This document shows positions 21,114 through 31,876 of a stretch of DNA of 64,000 nt, piece by piece (position 1 is the first letter of the stretch; the number at the start of each line of letters is the position of its first letter). The DNA is from a virus. Lineage: Duplodnaviria; Caudoviricetes. The position numbers and the translations under genes are program-made. Below the pieces are notes generated by a model. The model was given only the letters and a program-made list of their open reading frames with translations, did not search any database and was not told the origin of the DNA. The DNA is taken from positions 288,001 to 352,000 of IMG/VR virus record IMGVR_UViG_3300001528_000580; one strand, 5' to 3'.

Positions 21114-21485
21114 TTATCTATATATGTTAAAATCTCTTTCAAATAAGTTAATCATAATCTTGTTATTTACAATTAACTTATTATCAATCTGAGCAACTTT
21201 CATTGTTAAAAATAAATCTTTTATTGCAAAATGTAATTCTTCAAATTTAATACGAACATATTCTTGTGATACACTAATATTATACGATGTATTATCATAA
21301 TTACGATAAGTATCATTAAGATAATACATTTCATTTGAATCATTGCATACAAATTCTATGTCAAGAATATCATTTTTAAAATAATATTGGTTTATTATTT
21401 GTCTTAATAAATTACAGATATATTTTTCATTTATATCAAATGAAAAATATTTTTGATTTTCAGAACCGCATTTATACAATTTCAT
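21114..21485 (-). CDS. hypothetical protein
   Basis: ATGA overlap with upstream gene. Confidence 0.55.
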   Translation of the reverse strand: MKLYKCGSENQKYFSFDINEKYICNLLRQIINQYYFKNDILDIEFVCNDSNEMYYLNDTYRNYDNTSYNISVSQEYVRIKFEELHFAIKDLFLTMKVAQIDNKLIVNNKIMINLFERDFNIYR

Positions 21486-22399
21486 ATTATGAATTCCTCA
21501 TTAAATCCAAATCTTTTTAAAGTTAAATTTAAATATTTTTCATTAATATCTATACCAATATAATTTCTATTATATTTCATAGCCACAATACCAGTTGTCC
21601 CAACACCATTAAATATATCAATTACAGTATCACCCTCTTTAGTACCTGATAAAATACACGGTTCTACTAATTTTGTTGGAAATGGAGCAACATGTTCACC
21701 TTTATATGGTTCATTAGCTATTTGCCAAACAGAACGTTTGTTTCTTGATTTAATGATTGTTTCTTTTTTAAATCCAAATAAATCTTCTTCACTCTCTATT
21801 GTTTCTATTGGTTCTTGAATTGCATTATGATCAAAATAATAATTTTGATTTTTTGCTAATAAAAATAAATATTCATGTGCTTTTGTACATCTAGATTTAA
21901 CTGATTCTGGCATAGGATTTAATTTTTCCTAAATAATATCTTGTCTTAAAATCCAATTATGATCTTGAAGCCCAAAAGCAATCCTCCACGGAATACCAAT
22001 TAAATTTTTTTCAGGAATTCCAAATCCTGTTTTATCAATTCTATATGAAGCGTTTTTTTGATGTTTATGATCTTTACCAAACCCATATTTTTCACCAGTA
22101 CAATTGCCAAGTGAACCAGTTGGTTTAGATACATAACTATCACCAACATTTAGCCAAAATGTTCCATCTTTTTTCAAAACACGTTTTAATTCTTCAAATA
22201 TCACTAACAATTTATCAATATATTCAAACGGAGTAGTTTCAATACCTAATTGACCATCAACTCCATAATCTCTTAATCCGTAATAAGGTGGTGATGTAAT
22301 ACAACATTGAACCGATTCATTATCTAATGTTTTTAATGTTTCAAGAACATCACCACAATACAAACAAATTTTATTATTTTGATAAAATTTCTTCATCAT
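21482..22399 (-). pseudogene. beta-class N4C/N6A DNA methyltransferase split by in-frame TAG at 21929-21931
   Basis: TSPPY in 5' part, DIFNGVGTT in 3' part; junction LRQDII*EKLNPMPES where family members have W. Confidence 0.85.
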
Positions 22400-22575
22400 T
22401 ATAACTTTGGATCATTTTGTTCATTTTTCTCTGAAAAGTAACACTTACAATTATCCTTATTTTCCTTACAAATAGGACAAATTTCAGGAATTTCTTGAAA
22501 ATTACATTTACATTCAGCAATATTCTTACCACAAATGGGGCAATTTCTTATCTTACCATCACGATATTTTTTCAT
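22399..22575 (-). CDS. 58-aa Cys-rich protein (two CPIC-x6-CKC repeats), not in ORF track
   Basis: MKKYRDGKIRNCPICGKNIAECKCNFQEIPEICPICKENKDNCKCYFSEKNEQNDPKL; AAAGGA RBS; stop overlaps next start. Confidence 0.7.
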   Translation of the reverse strand: MKKYRDGKIRNCPICGKNIAECKCNFQEIPEICPICKENKDNCKCYFSEKNEQNDPKL

Positions 22576-22593
22576 TATTATAATCCTTTTATT

Positions 22594-23064
22594 TTAACTA
22601 ACTTGTTTACCTATATCACAAATCATTGTTCCATTTAAATGATCACATTCATGTTGTATTACTCTGGCGAAAAATCCACTTGCTTCAATATTAATTTCCT
22701 TTCCATTAATATCAATAGCATTAACAAAAATTTTATTATATCTTTTCACTGAAAACTTTTGTCTTGGAACACTAAGACAACCTTCTATTGCTTCATTAGT
22801 ATCAGTTCCAATAGGAGTAAAAATAGGATTTATTAAAACAATGTTTTTTTCGTCATCATTATCAACAACAATTATATTCAAATTTACACCAATTTGAGGA
22901 CATGCAATACCACATCCTATAAAACCTTTTAAATCAATCATTCTGTTTATGATTGATAAAATATCATCATTAATATTTTCAACATATTCAGATTTTTTCC
23001 TTAAACATATTTTTTGATTTTTACTATCCTTTGTAGTAATTATCCTAAGTTTTTTAAAATTCAT
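22594..23064 (-). CDS. def: peptide deformylase
   Basis: GCGIACPQIG, EGCLS, QHECDHLNG. Confidence 0.95.
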   Translation of the reverse strand: MNFKKLRIITTKDSKNQKICLRKKSEYVENINDDILSIINRMIDLKGFIGCGIACPQIGVNLNIIVVDNDDEKNIVLINPIFTPIGTDTNEAIEGCLSVPRQKFSVKRYNKIFVNAIDINGKEINIEASGFFARVIQHECDHLNGTMICDIGKQVS

Positions 23065-23070
23065 ATTCTA

Positions 23071-23676
23071 TTATCCATTATTTTGTTTTTTCATCATATT
23101 GCAGAAAAATTGAACATCATCTTGAAAAAATATTTTTCTTTTACCATTTATCTGTATTCTTCCACAATCAAACATTTGTTTTTTTCTTTTTTCGATCATT
23201 TTTATAACATCAGTAGAATGAAATGGTTCATAATTATTACAATCAATACCCATATCAAAAGATAAATTAAATGTTTTTAATCTTCCATGACTATGACCAA
23301 AAAGATTAATTGAACCATTCACTGATTCACTCCACGTTCTTAAACAATAATGGTTTAATATAAAGTAATACTTTTTTTCAAACCAAAACTCTTTATAATT
23401 TTGTACACTGGTAAAATTTCTTAATATATCTTGTGACATATCATCATGATTGCCAATTATTAAATGTTTTTTCCCATTCAATGCATTAATAAATTTGCCA
23501 TGTTTTGAAAAAGCAAAATCACCAAGAATAAAAACTCTATCTCCTCTTTTTACTTTTTCATTCCATTTTTCAATAATATAATCATTCATATCTTCGATTG
23601 TATTAAAGTTTCTATTTGTATACTTTAAAATATCTTCATGATTAAAATGTGTGTCAGCAGTAAAAAATGTTTCCAT
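23071..23676 (-). CDS. calcineurin-like metallophosphoesterase
   Basis: ADTHFNH, LGDF, GNHD, GHSH. Confidence 0.9.
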   Translation of the reverse strand: METFFTADTHFNHEDILKYTNRNFNTIEDMNDYIIEKWNEKVKRGDRVFILGDFAFSKHGKFINALNGKKHLIIGNHDDMSQDILRNFTSVQNYKEFWFEKKYYFILNHYCLRTWSESVNGSINLFGHSHGRLKTFNLSFDMGIDCNNYEPFHSTDVIKMIEKRKKQMFDCGRIQINGKRKIFFQDDVQFFCNMMKKQNNG

Positions 23677-23746
23677 CAAAAAATATCCCTTAATTATATT
23701 ATGTTCATTCAATATATAATATAACACATTTTTTGAAAAAAGCAAA

Positions 23747-23776
23747 TAAAAAAGCGGTTGAATTTCTCCAACCGCT
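23747..23776 (-). terminator. intrinsic terminator after ferritin gene
   Basis: agcggttg-aatttctc-caaccgct plus U tract on minus strand. Confidence 0.75.
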
Positions 23777-23792
23777 CAAAAAATATTCTTAA

Positions 23793-24311
23793 TTATTGTT
23801 CTTGAAAAATATCTTCAAGTAACATATTTAAATCATAAAGATGCTTTTCTTCATCTTCTAAAATCTGCTTTATCATTCTATTAGTAGTTGGATCAACACC
23901 TTTTGTTAATTTTTCCAATTCTTTATAAAAATTAATAGCATCTTCTTCTGCTTTTATTGTTATTTTTAATAATTCACGTGGTTCTTGACTAGGTGCTCCA
24001 ACATTAGGAACACTACAAAATTTATCAAAATCACTTACAGTTTCAAAAGATCTACCACCAAGTTCTTTAATTCTTACTATAATTTTTTCTGCATGTTCTA
24101 ATTCTTCATTAGCATGTTCTTCAAATTCAGGATCAACATCTACTTTACCTTCACCTCTTGTACAATGTCTTGCAGCCCAATACTGATAATAAGCCAACCA
24201 CTCATCAGCTAATGCTTTATATAACATAGTTATAATAGTTTCTTTGTCAGTAAGAAGTAAATTGTTAAATTGTTTTGCTACGTCTTGTATTTCCAAAGCT
24301 ATTTTGTTCAT
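23793..24311 (-). CDS. ferritin-like DpsL/bacterioferritin-related protein
   Basis: ADEWLAYYQYW, EELEHA..RIKELGG, AEEDAI, DPTT, EDEEKH. Confidence 0.88.
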   Translation of the reverse strand: MNKIALEIQDVAKQFNNLLLTDKETIITMLYKALADEWLAYYQYWAARHCTRGEGKVDVDPEFEEHANEELEHAEKIIVRIKELGGRSFETVSDFDKFCSVPNVGAPSQEPRELLKITIKAEEDAINFYKELEKLTKGVDPTTNRMIKQILEDEEKHLYDLNMLLEDIFQEQ

Positions 24312-24369
24312 TTTTTATAAGACTCCTTTATAATTTTATGTATTTGAATAATAAAAATTATAAAATTAT

Positions 24370-25245
24370 CTATAAAAAATACTTGTAAAACGGATTATTT
24401 CTTATGTAATAATAATTATACAACCTCTTCATCCCATTTTCATTATAATTAAAATTATTACAAATCTGAAAATTTATATTTGTCTTTGAAAATCTATTAA
24501 CTATTTGATAATCATCAAATATATTACACATATCTATATTAGGGCAAATAAAATTAGGATAATAGCCTTTTTCCTTAAAAACACGTAAAAATTTATCAAT
24601 AACATAAATATAATGTGTACAATTTAAACTAATTGCAAAATTATCCCAATTTTTATGTTTTTTTTCTATCATTCTATTAACAAGCCAATCAATATTAGGA
24701 TTTAAATCATAATCCTCATTACAAGAAGTTTCAATATATTTTGACAAACTAGGACACATTTGATTTATAATTCTATAATCCTCAAATCCCAAGTTAACCA
24801 ATTCATTTTTATAATTGTTGTCATTGATTGTTGTTCTTGTTCCTAATATAAATACATTATTATCAGGTTTATTAACTAAATGTTTTGTAATAGCTTTTAT
24901 GCCTGAATCAAAAATATCAATCACTGGTATATTTGTTTTTTTATAAAATTCTGTTTTATTATATAAGATTGATAGCGTATTACAAGCAATAAAAATAATA
25001 TCTGGTTTAAAAATATCGTTTAAAAAATCTAATCTATTAGAAAAAATTTTTATTCGTTCATTTTTATCAGCGATTTCATTATATCTAAAAGATTTTCTTT
25101 CTCTTGCATCACTATAAACAATATCCACGTTACAATAAGATCTATTTTTATATAAAATATCATATAATATAGATGCAACAGAAAATCCACCAATTCCAGA
25201 ATCAGTAATTAAAATTTTTAAATCTTTTTTGTCAAATATATTCAT
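24370..25245 (-). CDS. murI: glutamate racemase-like protein
   Basis: DSGIGG, IACNT, GTRTT, CTHY (both catalytic Cys present). Confidence 0.85.
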   Translation of the reverse strand: MNIFDKKDLKILITDSGIGGFSVASILYDILYKNRSYCNVDIVYSDARERKSFRYNEIADKNERIKIFSNRLDFLNDIFKPDIIFIACNTLSILYNKTEFYKKTNIPVIDIFDSGIKAITKHLVNKPDNNVFILGTRTTINDNNYKNELVNLGFEDYRIINQMCPSLSKYIETSCNEDYDLNPNIDWLVNRMIEKKHKNWDNFAISLNCTHYIYVIDKFLRVFKEKGYYPNFICPNIDMCNIFDDYQIVNRFSKTNINFQICNNFNYNENGMKRLYNYYYIRNNPFYKYFL

Positions 25246-25246
25246 A

Positions 25247-25576
25247 TTATTTTTCTCTAATAAAACATGATATTTTATATTTCGTCCATAAAGAATTTGT
25301 TTTAAGTAATATACCAGTATCTTCACTTGGTTTGAAAATATAATTAAAATCAGGAAATTCATCAGATTCCAATGGTTCAAACAAACTTAAACTATATAAT
25401 TCATCTTGGAATAAAACCATATATACATTATCTGTTTTGCCTAGATATAAATGTTCTTTTGGAAAATTATGTTTTATTTCATCATATAAAATAAAATTAT
25501 ACCAATTGTCATCGACAACAAGTTTAACTTGTGCTTTTTTAATTTTTGACATTCTGTTCATCATTAATACCTGCAA
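25247..25576 (-). CDS. hypothetical protein
   Basis: ORF in operon. Confidence 0.5.
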   Translation of the reverse strand: MQVLMMNRMSKIKKAQVKLVVDDNWYNFILYDEIKHNFPKEHLYLGKTDNVYMVLFQDELYSLSLFEPLESDEFPDFNYIFKPSEDTGILLKTNSLWTKYKISCFIREK

Positions 25577-26462
25577 TATTTTTAAATTTATTACTTATTG
25601 GATAATTTTCTTTCTCAATTGAATTAAGAAAATCATCTAATTTTTTCTTTTGATTTTCATTTAGATTATCTGGTATTTCAATTGTAATAAACAATTCTAC
25701 ATCACCATATAATCCGTTTATATTAAAAACTGGCAGTCCTCTTTGTGGAATACGTACTCTTGAACCACTTGTTGTATTTATTTTAGGAATCTTTATTTTA
25801 ACTAATCCATCTTTAGGAGTAGGAACAGATATTGTTTCGTTATGAAATAGTTCTGATAATGTCAAAGGATATTCATAAAATACATTACATCCGTCTCTTT
25901 GAAACAATTTATGTGGCAACACATTTATCATTACAATAAGATTACCAGATCTATTACCAAATTTATTACCCAATCCTCTAAAAATTATATTTGTTCCAGA
26001 TTCAATTCCTTTCTCAATGGTAACTTCTGCTGTTTTATTTTCTGATTTATTTGCCTGTAAATCAGTAATAGAATAACTTATTGTCTTGTTTACTCCTGTA
26101 ACCATTTCTTCAAAAGTTATTGTTAATCTAACCATAACATCTAAAGGAACTCTACTTCCACGCCCAAATATGAAGGATTCTCTACCAAAATCATCAAATG
26201 GATCATTATCCCATTTGAAACTAGAAAATCCATTACCGAAACTGCTTCTCATGCGTCTTGAAGCATCATATTGTTTTCTTTTTACATCATCTCCAATAGT
26301 TTCATATGCTTCTGAAATTTCTTTAAATTTTTCTTCTGCTTCTTTATTACCTTGATTTTTATCAGGGTGATATTTTTTAGCTAAATTTTTATAGATAGTT
26401 TTAATATCAGCTTGTGAAGCATTTTCATCAACTCCTAATATTTTATAAAAATCTTTTTCCAT
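25539..26462 (-). CDS. dnaJ: DnaJ/CbpA class II chaperone (no Zn finger)
   Basis: J domain with HPD, G/F region, C-terminal DnaJ_C. Confidence 0.93.
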   Translation of the reverse strand: MEKDFYKILGVDENASQADIKTIYKNLAKKYHPDKNQGNKEAEEKFKEISEAYETIGDDVKRKQYDASRRMRSSFGNGFSSFKWDNDPFDDFGRESFIFGRGSRVPLDVMVRLTITFEEMVTGVNKTISYSITDLQANKSENKTAEVTIEKGIESGTNIIFRGLGNKFGNRSGNLIVMINVLPHKLFQRDGCNVFYEYPLTLSELFHNETISVPTPKDGLVKIKIPKINTTSGSRVRIPQRGLPVFNINGLYGDVELFITIEIPDNLNENQKKKLDDFLNSIEKENYPISNKFKNIAGINDEQNVKN

Positions 26463-26463
26463 A

Positions 26464-27687
26464 TTATCTCTCAATTAATTTATATCTATCAGCGCCATAT
26501 GAAACAAATTTTACATGAGTATCAGTAAATTGTTCAATATAATTAACAAATGATTCTAAGTTTTTATCTTTTTCGTCTTTCCATCCATCAAATTCAATAT
26601 ATGTTGGTTTCAAATTTTCATATTCACATGTATAAGGAGTTCTATTAATTATCTTGCCATTTTGCTCATATCCAATACAAACTTTAATTTTCTCAAATCC
26701 ATTAAATACATCTGTTTTAACAAGACATAAATCTGTAACTCCACTAAGAATACATGATCTTTTTAACGCTACCAAGTCCAACCAACCACAAATTCTTTTT
26801 CTTCCAGTAGTAGCACCAAATTCACCACCAATATTTCTAATTAAATCATCTGTTTCATTATCCATTTTGGATATGAATGGTCCAGTTCCTACTCTTGTTG
26901 TATAAACCTTTGCTACTCCGTAAACATTATCTATATTTTTTCTAAATCCTGTACTAACTAGAGCATTTTGAGCCAAACAAGAACTACTTGTTACAAATGG
27001 GTATTCTCCCCACATAATATCAAGTTGTGTTGATTGCGCTCCTTCAAATAATATATTGTCATTTTTATGTTCTACCATAAAATCAGTGACATTACAAACA
27101 TATTGTTTCAATTCCATAAAAGCATCGAAAAAATTTAAGAAATCATTTGTTGACTTATCACCAATTTTATATTCTGAACTTAAAAAATCCAAATTCATAT
27201 TATAACAATTGAAGTATTTTTCATATATTTGTTCATAAGTCAAAAAAGCATCTTCCATCCTTAAAGAAATTCTTCTTGATCTATCAGCATAGGCATGACC
27301 AATCCCTCTTTTTGTAGTTCCTAAATGCAAAGGTGAATTTTCTTCCCAAAAAGCATCTACTTCTTTATGAAAAGGGCAAACAATAGTAACCGATGAACCA
27401 ATTTTTAATTTTTCAACAGAAAAACCTTTTGATTTAATATAGTCAATTTCTTCTTTAAATCCAATAGGATCTAAAACACAATCATTAGCAATTAAACACC
27501 ATTTGTTAGAAAAAATTCCAGATGGCATAAGATGAACAATATATTTATTACCATTAAATTCAATAGTATGACCAGCATTTGCTCCGCCATTAAATCTAAT
27601 AACTGTATCATGTTTATCCATTAGGTAATCAGTAAATCTTCCTTTACCTTCATCGCCATATTGCAATCCTACTACTGCACTAATCAT
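26464..27687 (-). CDS. purA: adenylosuccinate synthetase
   Basis: [43 protein letters not shown]. Confidence 0.97.
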   Translation of the reverse strand: MISAVVGLQYGDEGKGRFTDYLMDKHDTVIRFNGGANAGHTIEFNGNKYIVHLMPSGIFSNKWCLIANDCVLDPIGFKEEIDYIKSKGFSVEKLKIGSSVTIVCPFHKEVDAFWEENSPLHLGTTKRGIGHAYADRSRRISLRMEDAFLTYEQIYEKYFNCYNMNLDFLSSEYKIGDKSTNDFLNFFDAFMELKQYVCNVTDFMVEHKNDNILFEGAQSTQLDIMWGEYPFVTSSSCLAQNALVSTGFRKNIDNVYGVAKVYTTRVGTGPFISKMDNETDDLIRNIGGEFGATTGRKRICGWLDLVALKRSCILSGVTDLCLVKTDVFNGFEKIKVCIGYEQNGKIINRTPYTCEYENLKPTYIEFDGWKDEKDKNLESFVNYIEQFTDTHVKFVSYGADRYKLIER

Positions 27688-27796
27688 AAAAAATTCCTTT
27701 ATTTAATTATGTTAAAAAGAAAACAACTTTTATATGCAAATAATATAACACATTTTTAAATATTGTCAAGTTTTATACATATAAAAGTCATTTAAA

Positions 27797-28132
27797 TTAT
27801 TTTGAGTTTTCTTCTTGTGACTTTTCTTCCTCATATTTTGCATATAATTCATTTATAACATTCATTATTCTATCTTGATTTTCAATTATACTCAAAACAT
27901 CTTCTTTATTAAAGCTCATTAATCTTCCAGGAATATAATCTAGTTGTTCAGCATCATATCTGAATAATCTTTTTTCTAAAACTGGTTGATATTTACCCCA
28001 ACGAGCAATTCTTATTTTATATGGCTGACTTTTTTGAGCAACCGTACTTATTAATCCTTCTTTAATAACTAAAAACTCTTCATCTGTTTTTCTATATGGC
28101 TTTCTACCAATTTTTTCTTTACTTCTAGACAT
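27797..28132 (-). CDS. PC4/YdbC-like ssDNA-binding protein
   Basis: RIARWG..PVLEKR....PG..MSF..ED pattern. Confidence 0.5.
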   Translation of the reverse strand: MSRSKEKIGRKPYRKTDEEFLVIKEGLISTVAQKSQPYKIRIARWGKYQPVLEKRLFRYDAEQLDYIPGRLMSFNKEDVLSIIENQDRIMNVINELYAKYEEEKSQEENSK

Positions 28133-28134
28133 TT

Positions 28135-28614
28135 TTATCCTCTTGTTTTACTATCTGCAACTCCTGATGCACCAAATGCATTAGGCTTTATAACTGGTTT
28201 ATAACCATTACTCATAATAAATCCTATACAGGCTGCGGCAATTCTATTTGATTTATACTTTTTATCTGGATTAATATCAGAGTGTATTTCATCTACACAA
28301 AGATCATAATCAACAACTATATCATCAACTTGTTTTGCTGTTTCTACCGCTCTACAAGTTTCTTCAAATAGTCTGTTTTCTAAAATTGCAAGTTTTCCTT
28401 CTTTACTTTCACATTCCTTTTTATAAAAGAAATTTGCTCCCCTGCCAATATGAACAACTATAACTACTGTAACAAAAACAATTTTATTTTTGACTACTTG
28501 AGAATCACAACCTACAATTATTTTTATTCCAGAAAATCCAAGTTCTTTTTTTACTTCACTCACAAGAGAATCAGAAAAACTATCTATTTTCTTACCAGAA
28601 CCATTTCGCCACAT
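28135..28614 (-). CDS. RNase H-like YkuK (DUF458) protein
   Basis: VGCDSQ, RLFEE, EIHSDIN, KPNAFGAS.VAD. Confidence 0.85.
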   Translation of the reverse strand: MWRNGSGKKIDSFSDSLVSEVKKELGFSGIKIIVGCDSQVVKNKIVFVTVVIVVHIGRGANFFYKKECESKEGKLAILENRLFEETCRAVETAKQVDDIVVDYDLCVDEIHSDINPDKKYKSNRIAAACIGFIMSNGYKPVIKPNAFGASGVADSKTRG

Positions 28615-28617
28615 TTT

Positions 28618-29406
28618 TTACTTAGCCTTTTTTATTTTATTATTTGCATAACAATTCCAATTATTTGTTAAAACTCCGTTTGGATGATAAACTAAAAATT
28701 CGTTATTTTTAATTCTTTTATTTATTGTATCCTCACATATATTTTCACTAAAAACAACAATATCTTTAACATTTCGTATAATTGTTTTATTAGTTTTACC
28801 ATCAATTGTTGCGATTATATCATATTTTGATATTGGTTCATCAAAAGAAAAATCGCAACAATTAATATTTTTTACTATTTTTCTAAAAACAATTGAACTA
28901 AATTCAAGATATTTTACCATATCAATAAAAGTTATAATATTTTCATTAAAATTATTAACAATTGGAACAATCATTCTTATATTAATATTATTTTTTTTAG
29001 CATTTTCACTTATCTTTTCAAGTTCATAAATATTTGGTATATTTATATTTTCAAAACAAGCACTATTATTCCAATCATCAATTTTAAATCTACAAATATC
29101 TACTCTATGAACAAGTCTTTCAAAACTATCTAATTTACCTAATAATCCAATTCCATTAGTTAAAATAGTTTGCTTAATTCCAGAGCAAGAAATAATTTGC
29201 AATACATCATTTAATCTATTATATATTAATGGCTCTCCACCAATAAGATTTATTTCATTAATATTCATAAAACCTAAATTATCTCTTAATTGAAATAAAT
29301 TAGTAAAAAAATGATTTCTATTAATTGGAGCTTGTGATACACAATGACAATGACTATAAGCAGAATTACTTCCAACTGGTAAAGATATATATAAAACTTG
29401 TTCCAT
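28618..29406 (-). CDS. radical-SAM-like protein with degenerate CxxxCxxC
   Basis: NLIGGEPL, LTNG; cluster motif reads SNSAYSHC. Confidence 0.6.
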   Translation of the reverse strand: MEQVLYISLPVGSNSAYSHCHCVSQAPINRNHFFTNLFQLRDNLGFMNINEINLIGGEPLIYNRLNDVLQIISCSGIKQTILTNGIGLLGKLDSFERLVHRVDICRFKIDDWNNSACFENINIPNIYELEKISENAKKNNINIRMIVPIVNNFNENIITFIDMVKYLEFSSIVFRKIVKNINCCDFSFDEPISKYDIIATIDGKTNKTIIRNVKDIVVFSENICEDTINKRIKNNEFLVYHPNGVLTNNWNCYANNKIKKAK

Positions 29407-29414
29407 AATTATCC

Positions 29415-29870
29415 TTATTTACCAGAACTACCAAAACCCTTTGAAGATCTAACTGTATCAGTTAAACTGCTAACAATTTTAAATTTACCAATCTTAGGAA
29501 TCTTAGTTATTACCATTTGAGCAATTCTATCATATTGTTCTATAATAAAATCTTCTGTTCCCAAATTTCTTATTATAATACCAATATTTCCTGTATAAGA
29601 TTGATCTATTGTCCCAGGTGAGTTAGTAATAGTAATTTCTTTTTTTAAAGCTAGTCCACTTCTAGGTCTTATCTGCGCTTCCCAAATATAAAACCAACTA
29701 CTTGGTAGTTTAATATTTATTCCAACATCAACTAATTGTTGTGTATTTGGTTTAATTACATATCTATTCATACTCTTAAGATCATAACCAGCATCATCAT
29801 CATGTGCTTTAGTTGGCATACAATTCTTATCTCTTAAAATCATTTTTATCTTTTTTAAAAATAATCCCAT
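29415..29870 (-). CDS. dut: dUTPase (trimeric)
   Basis: AGYDL, RPRSGLA, GTIDQSYTG, RIAQMV, RSSKGFGSSG. Confidence 0.97.
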   Translation of the reverse strand: MGLFLKKIKMILRDKNCMPTKAHDDDAGYDLKSMNRYVIKPNTQQLVDVGINIKLPSSWFYIWEAQIRPRSGLALKKEITITNSPGTIDQSYTGNIGIIIRNLGTEDFIIEQYDRIAQMVITKIPKIGKFKIVSSLTDTVRSSKGFGSSGK

Positions 29871-29871
29871 T

Positions 29872-30393
29872 TTAATCTCCTATATTACATTTTAAAAATT
29901 TTAATTTTGATAAATCAACATATTTTTTTAAATTTTTATACAAAATTTTATTGTTTTGATTATCATAATCTGTTTCAGTAGGTAATCCAAAATAAATTAA
30001 TTCATATTTATCTTGTATTTTCGATAAATCAATACATGAATTTTGAACAATATATCTGTCAAAAAATAAACTTGCCCATCCCGGAAGAACATCACCAGGA
30101 AAAGTTTTATTTCTGAATGATGGTATTATATTAACTATATCTTGATATACTACAACATATTCAGGTTTTACTGGAAAATTAATAATTGAAAAATTATTTA
30201 TATTTATTTCAGCAACTTTTATTTTTTGTTTATTCAATGAACCTACATGTTTGTCTAATTCAGGAAAATATTTTAAAAATAATTTAGATATCTTATCACC
30301 CATAACTGAACAGCCGTTATTTTTAACATATAAATCTGTCAAAATGCAAACTGCTATATTTTTTGGTTTTGTATCTAAAATGTTTTCAAGCAT
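29872..30393 (-). CDS. divergent Macro-domain-like protein
   Basis: VMG..IS...FPELD, INFPVK, SC..L pattern; Gly-rich loops absent. Confidence 0.4.
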   Translation of the reverse strand: MLENILDTKPKNIAVCILTDLYVKNNGCSVMGDKISKLFLKYFPELDKHVGSLNKQKIKVAEININNFSIINFPVKPEYVVVYQDIVNIIPSFRNKTFPGDVLPGWASLFFDRYIVQNSCIDLSKIQDKYELIYFGLPTETDYDNQNNKILYKNLKKYVDLSKLKFLKCNIGD

Positions 30394-30464
30394 AATAATC
30401 CTTATTAATTGTATATAATAATATACAACAAAAAACATAAATGTCAAGTTGAAAAACAAAATTT

Positions 30465-30833
30465 TTATTGCTTAATAAAACGATCTAATTCAGATAACAT
30501 TGTATTTACATTAAAAATAGCTTCATAGAATTCTTTAGCACCAAATTTCCATAATAATTCATGTGCTAACATTGTTGTTTTATCCTTAAAACAATCTGGA
30601 TGATTTTTTATATGTTGATCTACAAAATTGAAAAAATCTTCCATATTTGGTTTTTCTGCTTGGTAGCTATATTCATTATGTAATGATAACATCCACAACA
30701 TTGCATACCAAAAATGTTTATTAGTAGATTGTTCTTTGACAAAATCAGAATATTCTTGATGTTTATCAATATTTATCTTTATTAAATTTTTTGTATGTAA
30801 ATTCCATACATCAAGTAGATCAATTATTGTCAT
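30465..30833 (-). CDS. hypothetical protein
   Basis: GGAG RBS. Confidence 0.6.
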   Translation of the reverse strand: MTIIDLLDVWNLHTKNLIKINIDKHQEYSDFVKEQSTNKHFWYAMLWMLSLHNEYSYQAEKPNMEDFFNFVDQHIKNHPDCFKDKTTMLAHELLWKFGAKEFYEAIFNVNTMLSELDRFIKQ

Positions 30834-30845
30834 AAAAAACTCCAG

Positions 30846-31469
30846 TTAATAACTTTTTACCCAACTACTTTTCTTTTTAGCAGTCTTTTTCTTTGATTTT
30901 GAATAATAATCTATCTTATTTGGTTTATTAGAAGAAGTTTTTTTCTTTTTATCTTTACCATATTCTTGATAGTAATTACCATAAAATCTTTTGTTCTTTT
31001 TTCTTTTATATAACTGACCATAAGTAGAATCATCATCTTCAACAGATTCTTCATCTTCTTCTAAGTCTTCATCTTCATTGTCGCTATCCATTTCTGGACG
31101 TTCAAATACACCTCTTTCAGTTGGTGTTTTCTTTTCTTCATCGTTTTCTTCTTTCTTTTGACCAACATTTACTTTGTTTACTAAATATTGCTTATAATCA
31201 TCAATAGAACGTATAATATTTCTCGCAATAACAACTTCTTTGCCTTCTATTTCTTCATCGGATAATTCAAACAATTTATGAGTTTTAAGCCAAAATTCAG
31301 GATGAGTATTAACAGTTAAATCATTTTTATAAAAATCATATAAATAATTTAATCTTGGAGTTAATTCATCTCTAAAATTAGGCTGTTCTTTGATAAAATT
31401 AAAAGCCCAATTAACTCTTTTTTTACTATTATTAATTAAATTATCAATTATACTTTTTCTATCATTCAT
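30846..31469 (-). CDS. hypothetical protein with acidic then basic low-complexity tail
   Basis: D/E tract followed by K-rich tract. Confidence 0.6.
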   Translation of the reverse strand: MNDRKSIIDNLINNSKKRVNWAFNFIKEQPNFRDELTPRLNYLYDFYKNDLTVNTHPEFWLKTHKLFELSDEEIEGKEVVIARNIIRSIDDYKQYLVNKVNVGQKKEENDEEKKTPTERGVFERPEMDSDNEDEDLEEDEESVEDDDSTYGQLYKRKKNKRFYGNYYQEYGKDKKKKTSSNKPNKIDYYSKSKKKTAKKKSSWVKSY

Positions 31470-31500
31470 ATTATATACTCTTTTTTCATGAAAAAATATA

Positions 31501-31536
31501 AAAAAATGGGTGCAATCATAATGATTGCACCCATTT
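31501..31536 (-). terminator. intrinsic terminator of groES-groEL-hsp20 operon
   Basis: aaatgggtgcaatcat-a-atgattgcacccattt. Confidence 0.85.
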
Positions 31537-31540
31537 AAAA

Positions 31541-31864
31541 TTATTCATCAATTTTTATAATATTAATAGCTTTTTTAGGTGCTTTAGCTTTAAATGGAAT
31601 CTTAACAGTTAAAATTCCATTTTTAAGATTAGCACTTAATCTATTCATATCAATTTCCTTACCAGTTCCGGCAACAACTTTTATCTTGTTATTATATTTT
31701 CTACCGAAAAATGTTATTTTCTTTGAAGTTACAGATAAAATATTATCATCAAATGATATTTCTATATCTTCCTTATTAACTCCTGGAATTAAAAAATCTA
31801 TACAATATTCATTTTCGGTAGATTTTTCTTTAACAATTTCTAAATAATCTGAAAACATAATCAC
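31541..31864 (-). CDS. small heat-shock protein (Hsp20/alpha-crystallin)
   Basis: IPGVNKEDIEI, ANLKNGILTVKIP. Confidence 0.9.
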   Translation of the reverse strand: MIMFSDYLEIVKEKSTENEYCIDFLIPGVNKEDIEISFDDNILSVTSKKITFFGRKYNNKIKVVAGTGKEIDMNRLSANLKNGILTVKIPFKAKAPKKAINIIKIDE

Positions 31865-31876
31865 TATTCTCCTTTT

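Noticed and set aside
21929-21931. Genome-wide TAG recoding (code 15)
   Set aside because: Coding density is high with code 11; TAG ends nadV, murI and the 47154 MTase at sensible positions; the interrupted residue should be Trp, not Gln; no CTA tRNA in the window
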